Shown: positions 7,824-17,113 of the stretch, piece by piece
How positions within the stretch are numbered: the stretch's first letter is position 1
How the letters are laid out: each line of letters opens with the position of its first letter
From: a virus
DNA length: 64,000 nt
Strand: one strand, 5' to 3'
IMG/VR virus record: IMGVR_UViG_3300045988_121635
The notes under the pieces: generated by a model
Told to the model about the DNA's origin: nothing
What the model saw: the letters and a program-made list of their open reading frames with translations, nothing else
Databases searched by the model: none
Translations under genes and position numbers: made by a program

Positions 7824-8178
7824 ATTGTACAAAGAAATAGAAAAAGCGGAGGTTGATCTGAATGCAAAAAGATTAAAGTACATCAAAGAAGCATTAGCAG
7901 AAAACAATGGAATTATAAAGCTAAAATTTAAAGAGTTTAAAGAATTTAAAGAAACTAATGATGTATTTGACTTTGACGATCAGTTTCCGGTGATAATAGA
8001 AATTGATGGGATTCCTATGTATTTAACGGAAGTGTATGTCAAAAAAAACGATTTTCGTATAGTTCTGCTGGATTATGATGATATGACTTTAGGTGATTAT
8101 GATAATACAGGGGAAAATGAACAGGTTGCTTATTTTATTAACTATTGCTTAAATCAAGACAAAGATGGGAAAGAGTAG
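7810..8178 (+). CDS. hypothetical protein
   Basis: ORF 122 aa. Confidence 0.45.
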   Translation: MDLNELYKEIEKAEVDLNAKRLKYIKEALAENNGIIKLKFKEFKEFKETNDVFDFDDQFPVIIEIDGIPMYLTEVYVKKNDFRIVLLDYDDMTLGDYDNTGENEQVAYFINYCLNQDKDGKE

Positions 8179-8353
8179 AAAAGATTATGAGAAGTATCTT
8201 AACTCAATATCTCCAGATAGAGACGATGAGAGATGGATCATTGGAGGAAAGAACAGGTATTGCGGTAGAGAGAATTATGGCACTATGATCAAAAGGTATG
8301 ATCCTATTGGTTTTAATGTAGGATACAGGGAGTGGGTAGAACAGCCAGAGTAA
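8165..8353 (+). CDS. hypothetical protein
   Basis: ORF 62 aa. Confidence 0.35.
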   Translation: MGKSRKDYEKYLNSISPDRDDERWIIGGKNRYCGRENYGTMIKRYDPIGFNVGYREWVEQPE

Positions 8354-8375
8354 GGCGGCGCCTGCCCTGCCATGA

Positions 8376-8404
8376 GGTCGGCCTGGCTGTCTGTGGCCAG
8401 GACC
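8376..8404 (+). terminator. GC-rich hairpin GGT-(CGG)-CCTGGC-TGTCTGTG-GCCAGG-ACC after 8165..8353; preceded by AGGCGGCGCC motif also at 883-892
   Basis: palindrome read directly; no U-tract. Confidence 0.4.
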
Positions 8405-8446
8405 GTACATTAGTCAGATAGTGAACGACGAAAACAATACAAATGT

Positions 8447-8926
8447 TTGTTGATTATGAGAGTAGAAGATTTAACGAAGTTTGAAGGAGAATGTCCTAAC
8501 ATAGTCGTATTTGGTACATATATGGATATTAGGGTTCCATTAACGAAGAAATGGAAGAAAATTATTAACGAGAGAGGAGATAAGCCAAACACGTATCATA
8601 ACTGTTTGATTAGTTGTATCTCAGAGCAGATCGCGTTGTCCGGATTCAACATGAAAAGCATCGGGAACCTCTTAATAAAGGGAATCGTTTTTAATCAAAA
8701 CGATTACTATAAGTATAACGACGTAGGAGGATTCCCGGCAACTATCAACGATTTGGGGTATTGGGATAAAAACAGGGTAGAGCTAAATGAAGATTTTCAC
8801 ACTGTTAGGCTGTTTAATACAGTAAGTGTATATGGATTGATGTTTGGACCCATAAAACAAAATAATTTCATTACGCTGGAAAACGATATAATGCAGATTA
8901 ATGTTGGCAGCATAACTTACATCTAA
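8447..8926 (+). CDS. hypothetical protein
   Basis: ORF 159 aa. Confidence 0.5.
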   Translation: MLIMRVEDLTKFEGECPNIVVFGTYMDIRVPLTKKWKKIINERGDKPNTYHNCLISCISEQIALSGFNMKSIGNLLIKGIVFNQNDYYKYNDVGGFPATINDLGYWDKNRVELNEDFHTVRLFNTVSVYGLMFGPIKQNNFITLENDIMQINVGSITYI

Positions 8927-8937
8927 AGAGATAAATC

Positions 8938-9693
8938 ATGAAGCTATTATACTTAGTGGAGTCGGGAGAATCGAAGTTTCTTGTCTTCGACGAAATGCCT
9001 GATAAAATTAGCACAAAGTACGGAGATGATACCATTATTGGAAGGATAGGAGGTATATTCTATGATTTCTTTGCAAAGAGAAATGAGAGAAGAGAAGCTT
9101 TCGGAGGTAGAAAGTTCGATATCGTACTTGACAACGGAGAGATAGAGAAGTGTGAAGGGCAATGGTGGGATGCGGTGACAGACAGAGCAAGAGAAGAATT
9201 GGAAAAAGAGGGAAATCCATTTTCCAAAATGATGTTGATCGGTGTTTCTTCAGTAGATAGATTATCGGATTGTTATGTGTATTATGGGTTATGGGCATCC
9301 GAAAGTAAGATTGAAGAAATGATAGCTGACTACAAAGGTCATATATATGAGTATTACGAATTTAAGGAAGAGGTTATTAATAAGATAAATGAGACCCGTA
9401 GAAAATCATATATTCAATCTTGGAAAGAACAGATAATACGGTCTGGGATGAGGCAGAAAAGAAAAGACGTATTTGAATCACCGGATGGATTGTATATTGA
9501 GATGGTATATGAGAACAAAGCGTTTGTGCCATATAGACCTATAAAAGAAACCCAGGATTTACCTATAGATGCAAAGTACATACCGCTTCTTACAAGGATA
9601 TTTGGAAAGAACATACTTGCGGAGATAGGAGGGGATAAGATATTTATAACTACTGGGAAATATGCTGTGAATTTTTGGTGCTGGAAAAAGTAA
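8938..9693 (+). CDS. hypothetical protein
   Basis: ORF 251 aa. Confidence 0.55.
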   Translation: MKLLYLVESGESKFLVFDEMPDKISTKYGDDTIIGRIGGIFYDFFAKRNERREAFGGRKFDIVLDNGEIEKCEGQWWDAVTDRAREELEKEGNPFSKMMLIGVSSVDRLSDCYVYYGLWASESKIEEMIADYKGHIYEYYEFKEEVINKINETRRKSYIQSWKEQIIRSGMRQKRKDVFESPDGLYIEMVYENKAFVPYRPIKETQDLPIDAKYIPLLTRIFGKNILAEIGGDKIFITTGKYAVNFWCWKK

Positions 9694-9727
9694 GCATAAT
9701 GTAAAAAGAAGATTAAAATAATAGCTT

Positions 9728-10042
9728 ATGACATTTCGAGAATTTATGCAGGAGAACGGCTATGACCTGATAACTACCTTTTGGGAAGATTTCAGCATAG
9801 CCGACAAGTATGGTGTAGCAGGTGTCAAAGATACCTACAAACGTGCATTCAGTGAATGGGAAGATGATTATAAGTTTTTCACGGAATTAACGCTCGTATT
9901 GAATCATAAAATCTGGCAGCATTATGAAAGCAATCGTGAACTGGCCGCATTGTATGACCGGTTGTGGCGGGAAGCTGACGAGTATGCCATGAACAACTTT
10001 AAGGGAGAGGAACTTGATTATTATTATAAAATAACAGATTAA
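9728..10042 (+). CDS. hypothetical protein
   Basis: ORF 104 aa. Confidence 0.45.
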   Translation: MTFREFMQENGYDLITTFWEDFSIADKYGVAGVKDTYKRAFSEWEDDYKFFTELTLVLNHKIWQHYESNRELAALYDRLWREADEYAMNNFKGEELDYYYKITD

Positions 10043-10046
10043 TATT

Positions 10047-10331
10047 ATGACAGCAGCAGAAAAATTGCGTATGGAAATAGCGCAAGAAGCACCATTCAGT
10101 AAAGACGAATTTATTAGTAAAATCTCTCGTCTAATTAAGGCGTATGGATATGCAAGTTTTATTTGCGACAAGCATATTCGAGAAACTAATATATCATCTA
10201 ATGGTAACACAATTCGTATGGCACATGAACAGGTAGCAATTGATTTTGCTCGTTCTGAGGGTTTCTCGGTATCATATAAACATAACAGTTATGGTGTTAG
10301 ATATATATTATTCACTTTGTGTAAAATATAA
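10047..10331 (+). CDS. hypothetical protein
   Basis: ORF 94 aa. Confidence 0.45.
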   Translation: MTAAEKLRMEIAQEAPFSKDEFISKISRLIKAYGYASFICDKHIRETNISSNGNTIRMAHEQVAIDFARSEGFSVSYKHNSYGVRYILFTLCKI

Positions 10332-10335
10332 AGAC

Positions 10336-11136
10336 ATGGAAGACGGACTTATTACAACAAAAGAAGTAGGGAATTATCGTATAAAAATATACTATGATAC
10401 TGACAGTGCATGTCCTTGTGAAAGTTGGGATATGGCAGCATGTTTCTTATGGGAATGTATCTATTTACATCGACTGCAAGATGTGTGCGATTGGAGAGAA
10501 GTGTTTGGTAAATACGGAGATAGTCGGCACTCACTTATAGATGCACTACATAAACTTATTAGTGAATATGTTAAATGGAAAGACTTGCTGAATTATTTTA
10601 AGAAAGGCAAGATTGACGGTTATCGACTGAGATATGATAACCATGATAAAATGTGGTATTATAAAGAAATTTTTAGCATTTCTCCATCAGATCTTTACAC
10701 GTATGATTATACGTATGAATTTATAGAAGACTTAGGATGTGAAGAATTGATTCAGATTCTTTCAGACTTAGGCAAGGATATATTTGTCAAAGAATGGTCC
10801 ACAACAGGATACAGTCAAGAGGATTATGTTAAAGGTATAGCTTTCTGTACAAAGGAGAGGTACACAAAAATGGTTAGTAATAATACTTCCGATTGGAAAA
10901 CCCAAATTGACAAATTGATTGATGATGAAGTGAAATCCATAGGTATGTGGATGTGGGGAGATGTAAAGGGGTACGTGCTTGAAAAGAAAGTGAAATTTGT
11001 CAAGAAATACGAAGATGAATCCAGGGAGGATGAAGAGGGAGAAGAATGGGAAGAGGTTGATTCCTGTTGGGGTTATTATATGGAAACAGACGAATTGATA
11101 GAAGAAATAATGAAAGAACATAACCTGAAAGAATAA
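10336..11136 (+). CDS. hypothetical protein with acidic C-terminus (start taken at internal ATG 10336; ORF track extends to 10240)
   Basis: ORF; first ATG not overlapping upstream gene. Confidence 0.5.
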   Translation: MEDGLITTKEVGNYRIKIYYDTDSACPCESWDMAACFLWECIYLHRLQDVCDWREVFGKYGDSRHSLIDALHKLISEYVKWKDLLNYFKKGKIDGYRLRYDNHDKMWYYKEIFSISPSDLYTYDYTYEFIEDLGCEELIQILSDLGKDIFVKEWSTTGYSQEDYVKGIAFCTKERYTKMVSNNTSDWKTQIDKLIDDEVKSIGMWMWGDVKGYVLEKKVKFVKKYEDESREDEEGEEWEEVDSCWGYYMETDELIEEIMKEHNLKE

Positions 11137-11157
11137 GGAGATGGGGAGATCACGAGG

Positions 11158-11346
11158 GTGTATTATCAAAAAGAACACCAAAGAATTACAAATAATACTG
11201 ATTCAGGTCAATGGCTGATAGTGACGGACGCCATAGGAGACAGGTGGGTAAAGTGCGAAGAGCTCCGGTTCAGGGGAGACGCAAGCTGCATCACATGGCG
11301 TAAGGCTACAGTAGATGAAATTATTCAACATTTTAAAAGAAGATAA
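11158..11346 (+). CDS. hypothetical protein
   Basis: ORF 62 aa. Confidence 0.3.
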   Translation: MYYQKEHQRITNNTDSGQWLIVTDAIGDRWVKCEELRFRGDASCITWRKATVDEIIQHFKRR

Positions 11347-11348
11347 TT

Positions 11349-11762
11349 ATGGGATATATATGTACAAGATGTGGTGGAACAAAGGTTGCTTGTGAAGCCA
11401 TAGTAAATCCGAATACCAGAGAAATAATAGATTATTTTGATGAATCTTTCGCGCATGCTATTTGCGGGGATTGTGAAAACGAGGTAATAATATCTAACGT
11501 TGAAGAAGTCAAACATGAAATTGATTTAAGATTTCATGAATTTGTAGAAAGAACAGGTAAGGAGCCTGAATACGTAGAATGTCAGATTGTATGGAAGGAG
11601 ACAGGAGACGATAAAAGAGCGACAATCAAACTATCGCTGAGTATCAACGATGATGATAATGATGATGTTTTTTATTATTGTAATGGGATAGAATCATTTA
11701 AGCAACTTGCTGAATACGGGATGGGAGAATTTATCGTAACATTTTGTTGGAGTTTCTTTTAA
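11349..11762 (+). CDS. hypothetical Zn-ribbon protein (CxxC...CxxC)
   Basis: ORF 137 aa. Confidence 0.45.
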   Translation: MGYICTRCGGTKVACEAIVNPNTREIIDYFDESFAHAICGDCENEVIISNVEEVKHEIDLRFHEFVERTGKEPEYVECQIVWKETGDDKRATIKLSLSINDDDNDDVFYYCNGIESFKQLAEYGMGEFIVTFCWSFF

Positions 11763-12202
11763 GAAATACATTCAGTTATCATTTTTTAATAACATATCTT
11801 ATGAAAACACAAGAAGAATATGCCCATGAAATTGACGAAATCGTTCGCCGGGATGTAGAGAGCTGCCAGAGTGACTGGTTTATAATCGACAAGGAGATAT
11901 TTATGCAGCCAGAGAATAAGAACAAGGCATTTATTTTGGGAACAAGAAAGACCGGGTGCGATATGATCGTACTTGGAGGTACTAATTGCAGTGGATCCAA
12001 TATGGATTGGCTTTTCGGTTGCCTTGGCAATGAAAACTTCTATGTATGCCAGCCAGTATCTTTCTATAAATCACAACAAGAAATCCAGAAAGTAAATCCG
12101 CTTTATGCTTTCAAGGTGGCCACTGCTTATTTTAGAGAACAAGGGAAGGTTCCGGTATTTGAAGATAATAACTGTAGATTATTGACATACTCCCATCGCT
12201 AA
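11744..12202 (+). CDS. hypothetical protein whose last 7 codons (LLTYSHR*) are supplied by the IS right end, so its 3' end is altered by the tnpB insertion
   Basis: stop codon TAA lies inside TTGACATACTCCCATCGCTAA IS terminus. Confidence 0.45.
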   Translation: MLEFLLRNTFSYHFLITYLMKTQEEYAHEIDEIVRRDVESCQSDWFIIDKEIFMQPENKNKAFILGTRKTGCDMIVLGGTNCSGSNMDWLFGCLGNENFYVCQPVSFYKSQQEIQKVNPLYAFKVATAYFREQGKVPVFEDNNCRLLTYSHR

Positions 12203-12380
12203 AGCAAATGGGATTCTTGGATACAAACGCAAGAAACCCCGATGTTGCTATCGCTGGAATTACTCTTGCTCTCCAATTCGGAAATGCCCTTCCGAAGTAT
12301 ATTACGGGCTGCAAGAATATCACGGTCGTTAATTGCGCCGCACGCTGGGCACACCCACGTGCGGTCGCGTAACGACAGTC
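12182..12380 (-). ncRNA. predicted omegaRNA (reRNA) scaffold overlapping tnpB 3' end and IS right end; guide would continue into flank below 12182 (minus strand reads ...GGGAGUAUGUCAA|UAAUCUACAGUU...)
   Basis: established TnpB architecture; terminal hairpin TCCCAT-C-GC-TAAA-GC-AA-ATGGGA at 12190-12212 seen; extent inferred. Confidence 0.5.
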
Positions 12381-13374
12381 CTTTATTAATGCAGCCACAT
12401 TCACAAGTTTTGGAAGAAGGATACCATTTGTCAATCTTGTGTATCGTTACTCCATATTTTGAAGCAACATACGTAAGTTTATCAATAAAAGAAGAATGAC
12501 TGAGATCGGAAACTTTCTTTCCCCACAAACGTTTCATTCCTTCAATGCTTAGATCTTCAATGAAAATATAATCATATTGTTTGCATAACTGATGAGCTAA
12601 TTTCCATTGAAAATCTGATCGAAGATCGTTTATTTTACGATACGTTTGTTGAAGTTCAAACAGTTTCCTTCTTCTATTATTGGATCCTTTCTTTGCATTA
12701 GAAAGCCGTTTGTTTAGTTTTCTAATCTTGTTTTGATATTGTTTGAAGAATAGAGGAGAATCAATTTTGCTACCATCGCTTTTAGTTAAATAAGTTTTTA
12801 GTCCAAAATCCAATCCTATAGATGCACCATCATGTGTCTTTCTATAAGAGCTTATAGGATTATGATCTGTAACTACAATCAAACTAAAACGTGAACAGGT
12901 TTCTCTAACTATTCTAATTTGTTTAACATTACCTTCGTAGCCTCTACTGTATGAGAATCTAAATCGTTTGTTTCCTTTGTTAATTGTTAGACAATTCCCA
13001 TTTAGGGTAAACCCACCTTGTTTGAAAACAAAAGAGTTGAATTTCTCCGGTGATTTAAACTTAGGAGGTCGTTTAGCTAACTTCTTAAAGAAACGATTAT
13101 AAGATTCATCAAGACGTTCAAGTATTTCTTGTGTTGTTTGAGAATGAAGAAGATTTCTTTTAATTCTTTTGGCAAAATACTTCTTCATTTTGCCAACTGA
13201 GATATATTTCCCAAACAGTTTGTGATACCTACGTTGTAGAGCTAACGCATGATTCCATACAAAACAACATTCACGAAGCATCTTGTCAAGATACTTCGTT
13301 TTCCTGGAATGGTATATGTTGTATTTGTATGAAATCATTTTTTTTATCTGTAATTTTGATTCAAAATTAATCAA
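12199..13374 (-). CDS. tnpB: TnpB (OrfB) RNA-guided endonuclease of IS200/IS605 family: RuvC-like motifs (IGLDFG, IFIEDLS, NDRDILAARNI) and CxxC...CPACG zinc finger
   Basis: 391-aa ORF; motif order D...E...Zn-finger...D typical of TnpB/Cas12 ancestors. Confidence 0.9.
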   Translation of the reverse strand: MINFESKLQIKKMISYKYNIYHSRKTKYLDKMLRECCFVWNHALALQRRYHKLFGKYISVGKMKKYFAKRIKRNLLHSQTTQEILERLDESYNRFFKKLAKRPPKFKSPEKFNSFVFKQGGFTLNGNCLTINKGNKRFRFSYSRGYEGNVKQIRIVRETCSRFSLIVVTDHNPISSYRKTHDGASIGLDFGLKTYLTKSDGSKIDSPLFFKQYQNKIRKLNKRLSNAKKGSNNRRRKLFELQQTYRKINDLRSDFQWKLAHQLCKQYDYIFIEDLSIEGMKRLWGKKVSDLSHSSFIDKLTYVASKYGVTIHKIDKWYPSSKTCECGCINKGLSLRDRTWVCPACGAINDRDILAARNILRKGISELESKSNSSDSNIGVSCVCIQESHLL

Positions 13375-13432
13375 ACCAATTCATCTACCTACTAAAGTAT
13401 GGTGGTTTTGTTGGTTAAATAATCATAAAACT

Positions 13433-13840
13433 ATGAGCATAAAAGTAATAAGATACAGGTTGCCCTCTTATTGGGCTTGTCCGTTAATCAATGATGATTA
13501 CACTGGATTAACGGATGAAGAATGTGAGGAAATCCATAAAATACAAGATATGGAAAGATTGAATTTTGAAACATTGTTTCGTATCGTAAGATGGGATTAC
13601 AACCGTTGCTTTAAGGATGAATCATTGGACAAGGATTTGTTCGTAGAAAAATACGGACGGGTAATGGGTGAACATTATTATAACAAGTTTGTCCATGAAT
13701 TTGACGGAAATATTCTGAAGATGGTTGGTTACTTCAGAGGTTCCGAAAAAGAGGGGCAAGTCTTCTGCGATATGATAACCGAACGTATTGAAAAATACGA
13801 AAAGAGAATGTCATATGATAAAGGTAAGTTAAACAATTAA
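13433..13840 (+). CDS. hypothetical protein (start at ATG 13433; ORF track start 13283 lies inside tnpB)
   Basis: ORF; MSIKVIRYRL... Confidence 0.5.
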   Translation: MSIKVIRYRLPSYWACPLINDDYTGLTDEECEEIHKIQDMERLNFETLFRIVRWDYNRCFKDESLDKDLFVEKYGRVMGEHYYNKFVHEFDGNILKMVGYFRGSEKEGQVFCDMITERIEKYEKRMSYDKGKLNN

Positions 13841-13852
13841 AAAGATATTTAT

Positions 13853-14914
13853 ATGAACAATTCAATGGTCGCTCACTTGTGGGCTCATGAACAAGAAGAA
13901 TCAGCATCAGGGAGCAATTTCTTCTTTGAAGGTACAAGTATTTATTCTTATGGGCATCACTTTGAAGTCGGGAGAATAGTAAAAAACAAACAAGGGAAGA
14001 AAGCATACCTGATAAATGAAGATTATTATTCTGCTACCACGAGCAAACATCAATGCTATGTTCGTAATGCGATACCAACTTGGGCAATGGTTTTCAGTGT
14101 AGGGGATAATATATCGGATACTGGTAATATGAGGTTTGTTGCCAGCAAACTGGAATCAATTAAGAAGTCTATTGAAAAATACAAAAGAGCTAAAACAGAA
14201 TTATCTTATACAGATATTTGGGGCGCTTTTGGGAATATGATGGATTACATTCAGTTCTTTAACATGGGGACTGCTAAGAGTATCCTTAAAAAGAGTGCTA
14301 ATGATTGGCTTGGAACCAATCATGAATTATCCAAGAGCGGAGATAGTATCAAGCGTAAGCACGTACATGAATTAAAACGCATCTTTCAAATTTTATTAGA
14401 TCATCAAGGATTAAAAGTGTTAGGGACCGTAAATGTGATTGTTGATGAAGTTTGCGGGGAAGGTACATGGATTAAGTATTCAGAAAGATCTGAAAGATGG
14501 AGAAAGGGTGAGGAAGAAAGAGAAAGAATAAAATTAGAGAGATTAAGAAAGGAAGAAGAAGCCCGTTACAAGGATTTTGATGAAAAACTGGAAGAGTGGA
14601 AGTCAGGAGAAATCAATTTCTTGAATACACCTTTCTATATTCCTGGTGAAAAACCTAACGCCTGGATTCGTATAAAAGGAAATATTATTGAGACAAGTAA
14701 ACAGATAAAGATTGGAATAGCAGAAGCCAGAAAACTGTGGCGGGCTGTGTCGGCAATGCACCGGGGCGCCGAGTTTCGGCACGGTCTGGTGGAGGACATC
14801 ACCGGTCACCAGTGGAGTCTAAATCGGTACGAAAACGATTTGCTAACCGCTGGATGTCATAGGATAGCATATAACGAAATGGAGAGAATAGCAAAACAAC
14901 TGGGATGGGTGTAA
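13853..14914 (+). CDS. hypothetical protein with charged coiled-coil segment (EERERIKLERLRKEEEARYKD)
   Basis: ORF 353 aa. Confidence 0.6.
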   Translation: MNNSMVAHLWAHEQEESASGSNFFFEGTSIYSYGHHFEVGRIVKNKQGKKAYLINEDYYSATTSKHQCYVRNAIPTWAMVFSVGDNISDTGNMRFVASKLESIKKSIEKYKRAKTELSYTDIWGAFGNMMDYIQFFNMGTAKSILKKSANDWLGTNHELSKSGDSIKRKHVHELKRIFQILLDHQGLKVLGTVNVIVDEVCGEGTWIKYSERSERWRKGEEERERIKLERLRKEEEARYKDFDEKLEEWKSGEINFLNTPFYIPGEKPNAWIRIKGNIIETSKQIKIGIAEARKLWRAVSAMHRGAEFRHGLVEDITGHQWSLNRYENDLLTAGCHRIAYNEMERIAKQLGWV

Positions 14915-15699
14915 GTAGTCCATCTTATTTTATTAATCACATAATTAAAAACAAGAAAAATATGAAAAATCTAATTATTGTTCCGTTTGATTTAAATACG
15001 GCGAGAAAAATTAAAAGCGAAGAAATAGAAGGTTCGGTATTAATTGATAATATTGAGATAGAATTTGTATATGAGTCGAAAGACCGCGCCGGTCCTTATA
15101 ATTTACTTTTTGTAAGAAAAGATGGATATGGAATAAGTGCTATATATGCCAACACGGAAGGTTGTACTATTGGCGGCACCACTCTGGAATTGAAAGTAGA
15201 GGCTGGGGCGTATTTCAAGAAAGGAGATGTATTAACAAGCACTAATGGATATCAATTCATATATGATGGAATTATTACCAAAGGGATAATGGGATGTATA
15301 TGCGGAATGGCAACATTTGGAGATATTGGGTTTGATTACAAATTATGGACTCATGTGTATGACGAAGATAAAAAACGGCATGTAAGAAAGGCTATAGAAG
15401 AAGAGAAGAAATTTTTAGCAGAAAAGATTATAAAAGTCGAAGACAGTAGAAAAATAGATATAATAAAACGATATTTAAGTGAATATGAGTATCTATTAGA
15501 TGAGATGCCGAAACGTGACTTCAAACCATTTGAACGAGTGCTGGTAAGAAGAACTAACCAAGAGAGGTGGAAATTGCATCTATTTTCCAGAGAATCAGTA
15601 GGAGATAATAAATACGAATGCTTAGGAGGGGTAGGATTTAGTCAGTGTATCCCATACGAAGGGAACGAACATCTTTTAGGAACCAATAAAAACAAATAA
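14905..15699 (+). CDS. hypothetical protein; N-terminal domain paralogous to 15704..16054 N-terminus, C-terminal ~60 aa paralogous to 16150..16434 C-terminus (FKPFxxVLVR...EGNEHLLGTNKN)
   Basis: alignment by eye of translated ORFs. Confidence 0.6.
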   Translation: MGVSSPSYFINHIIKNKKNMKNLIIVPFDLNTARKIKSEEIEGSVLIDNIEIEFVYESKDRAGPYNLLFVRKDGYGISAIYANTEGCTIGGTTLELKVEAGAYFKKGDVLTSTNGYQFIYDGIITKGIMGCICGMATFGDIGFDYKLWTHVYDEDKKRHVRKAIEEEKKFLAEKIIKVEDSRKIDIIKRYLSEYEYLLDEMPKRDFKPFERVLVRRTNQERWKLHLFSRESVGDNKYECLGGVGFSQCIPYEGNEHLLGTNKNK

Positions 15700-15703
15700 G
15701 ATT

Positions 15704-16054
15704 ATGGAATATAAAATGGTAACAATCCCGTTTGATTTAGAAACGGCGAAAAAAATAAACATAGGGGAAATAGCAGGTCGTATTGTGACAGAGAAAGGAC
15801 AAAATAGAGCAGAAATCGTATATGAAGACAATTCGTCAAGTTGTCCGTTATTGGTTGTAATTCATTCGATTTCTGTATCGGCAGACTGGTTTTCTGCTAC
15901 AGGAAAAGCACTTAGCAGCGCAAATCGACTCCTTCTTGAAGTTCCAGAATATATTACATTTAAAGATGGAGAGGTGTTAAGTAATAAAGATGGTAGCTAT
16001 ATCTTTATTTTAAATACACATGGGAAATATTTAACGTCTTTTATGCCTCTTTAA
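15704..16054 (+). CDS. hypothetical protein, paralog of N-terminal domain of 14905..15699 (IVPFDLNTARKI / VTIPFDLETAKKI)
   Basis: by-eye alignment. Confidence 0.5.
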   Translation: MEYKMVTIPFDLETAKKINIGEIAGRIVTEKGQNRAEIVYEDNSSSCPLLVVIHSISVSADWFSATGKALSSANRLLLEVPEYITFKDGEVLSNKDGSYIFILNTHGKYLTSFMPL

Positions 16055-16149
16055 ATCAAAAAGGTATTCTTAAAATAGAAGATGGTTTATCTGCTTGGGA
16101 AAATCAGATAGAAAAATACAGATTTGCCACTGAGTCCGAAAGACAAAAG

Positions 16150-16434
16150 TTGGTTGACGCATTAAAGGCAAGCAAAGAACCTGAAGCTAAAGAGTATCTG
16201 AAACGCTTCTTCGGGATTGAAGAAAAACCGAAATATGAGTTTAAGCCGTTTGATAAAGTGCTGGTAAGAAAAGAAGGAAATAAAAAATGGAATATCAGTT
16301 TGTTTGCAAGGGAAATTGTGGACGATTATAATGGATTGCCTTATAAGTACGAATGTTCCAATGGAACATTATGGGATTATTGTATTCATTTTGAGGGTAA
16401 CGAACATCTTTTAGGAACTAATAAAAATGGATAA
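16150..16434 (+). CDS. hypothetical protein, paralog of C-terminal domain of 14905..15699
   Basis: shared FKPFDKVLVRK...HFEGNEHLLGTNKNG. Confidence 0.5.
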   Translation: MVDALKASKEPEAKEYLKRFFGIEEKPKYEFKPFDKVLVRKEGNKKWNISLFAREIVDDYNGLPYKYECSNGTLWDYCIHFEGNEHLLGTNKNG

Positions 16435-16439
16435 CAAAT

Positions 16440-16715
16440 ATGAAAACAATAACATACGAAGGGGTGCAGCATGGAGACTGGGTGAGATGTGTCTTATGTG
16501 GGGCGCAAATGCTTCTTCCATGTGGGGCAGATAAATGCCCGGAATGTGGAGAAAATGGCACTTTAAGATGGGTCGACGAAGAGAGGCAGGAAATAGACGC
16601 TAAGGGTCTGGATTGCTTAGGTTATGTAAGAGAGTTGAGGGTAGATGATTATTTATCTCCAACAACATTAGAAGAGATCGCGGAAGAAATAAAGAAAAAA
16701 GTAAATAGAGGATAA
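16440..16715 (+). CDS. hypothetical Zn-ribbon protein (CVLCG...CPECG)
   Basis: ORF 91 aa. Confidence 0.45.
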   Translation: MKTITYEGVQHGDWVRCVLCGAQMLLPCGADKCPECGENGTLRWVDEERQEIDAKGLDCLGYVRELRVDDYLSPTTLEEIAEEIKKKVNRG

Positions 16716-16768
16716 CTCTAATGAGAAAATTATTAAAAGTAAAATTTATTCAAAAATGTGCATGCGGG

Positions 16769-16798
16769 GCGGTCACTATCAGATTTGATAATGACCGC
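16769..16798 (+). terminator. hairpin GCGGTCA-CTATCA-GATTT-GATAAT-TGACCGC after 16440..16715
   Basis: 7-bp GC stem plus extension read directly; weak U tract. Confidence 0.4.
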
Positions 16799-16840
16799 TG
16801 AATTAAGTAACATAGCTAAGAATTGTAAAATATAGAAAAT

Positions 16841-17095
16841 ATGTATGAGAATATTTTAAGCAACATGTTAGGATGTCAGACATATTGTATATCAGACAGT
16901 CCTTCGAATAGATACTGTCTTATTGGACCTATTGAGTGCAATGAGAAGTTAATAGAAGTGTTTAAGAAGGGGATAATGGTAAAACTCAAATACGTGGAAA
17001 AACGAGTCCTGGATACATTTACGGACAACGGAACCAACCTGAGCAATTACACTCACTGTATTATTGTGAAGCGGAATTTTTATCTCGCTTGGTAA
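16841..17095 (+). CDS. hypothetical protein
   Basis: ORF 84 aa. Confidence 0.4.
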   Translation: MYENILSNMLGCQTYCISDSPSNRYCLIGPIECNEKLIEVFKKGIMVKLKYVEKRVLDTFTDNGTNLSNYTHCIIVKRNFYLAW

Positions 17096-17113
17096 CGGCA
17101 AAACATAAACAAT

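Larger units (their letters stand above)
12182..13432 (-). mobile_element. IS200/IS605-family (IS1341-like, tnpB-only) insertion element; right end at 12182 (defined by comparison with orphan copy at 3652), left end approximate (between 13375 and ~13432)
   Basis: intact tnpB, no tnpA; RE boundary from two-copy alignment; LE not mapped. Confidence 0.7.
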
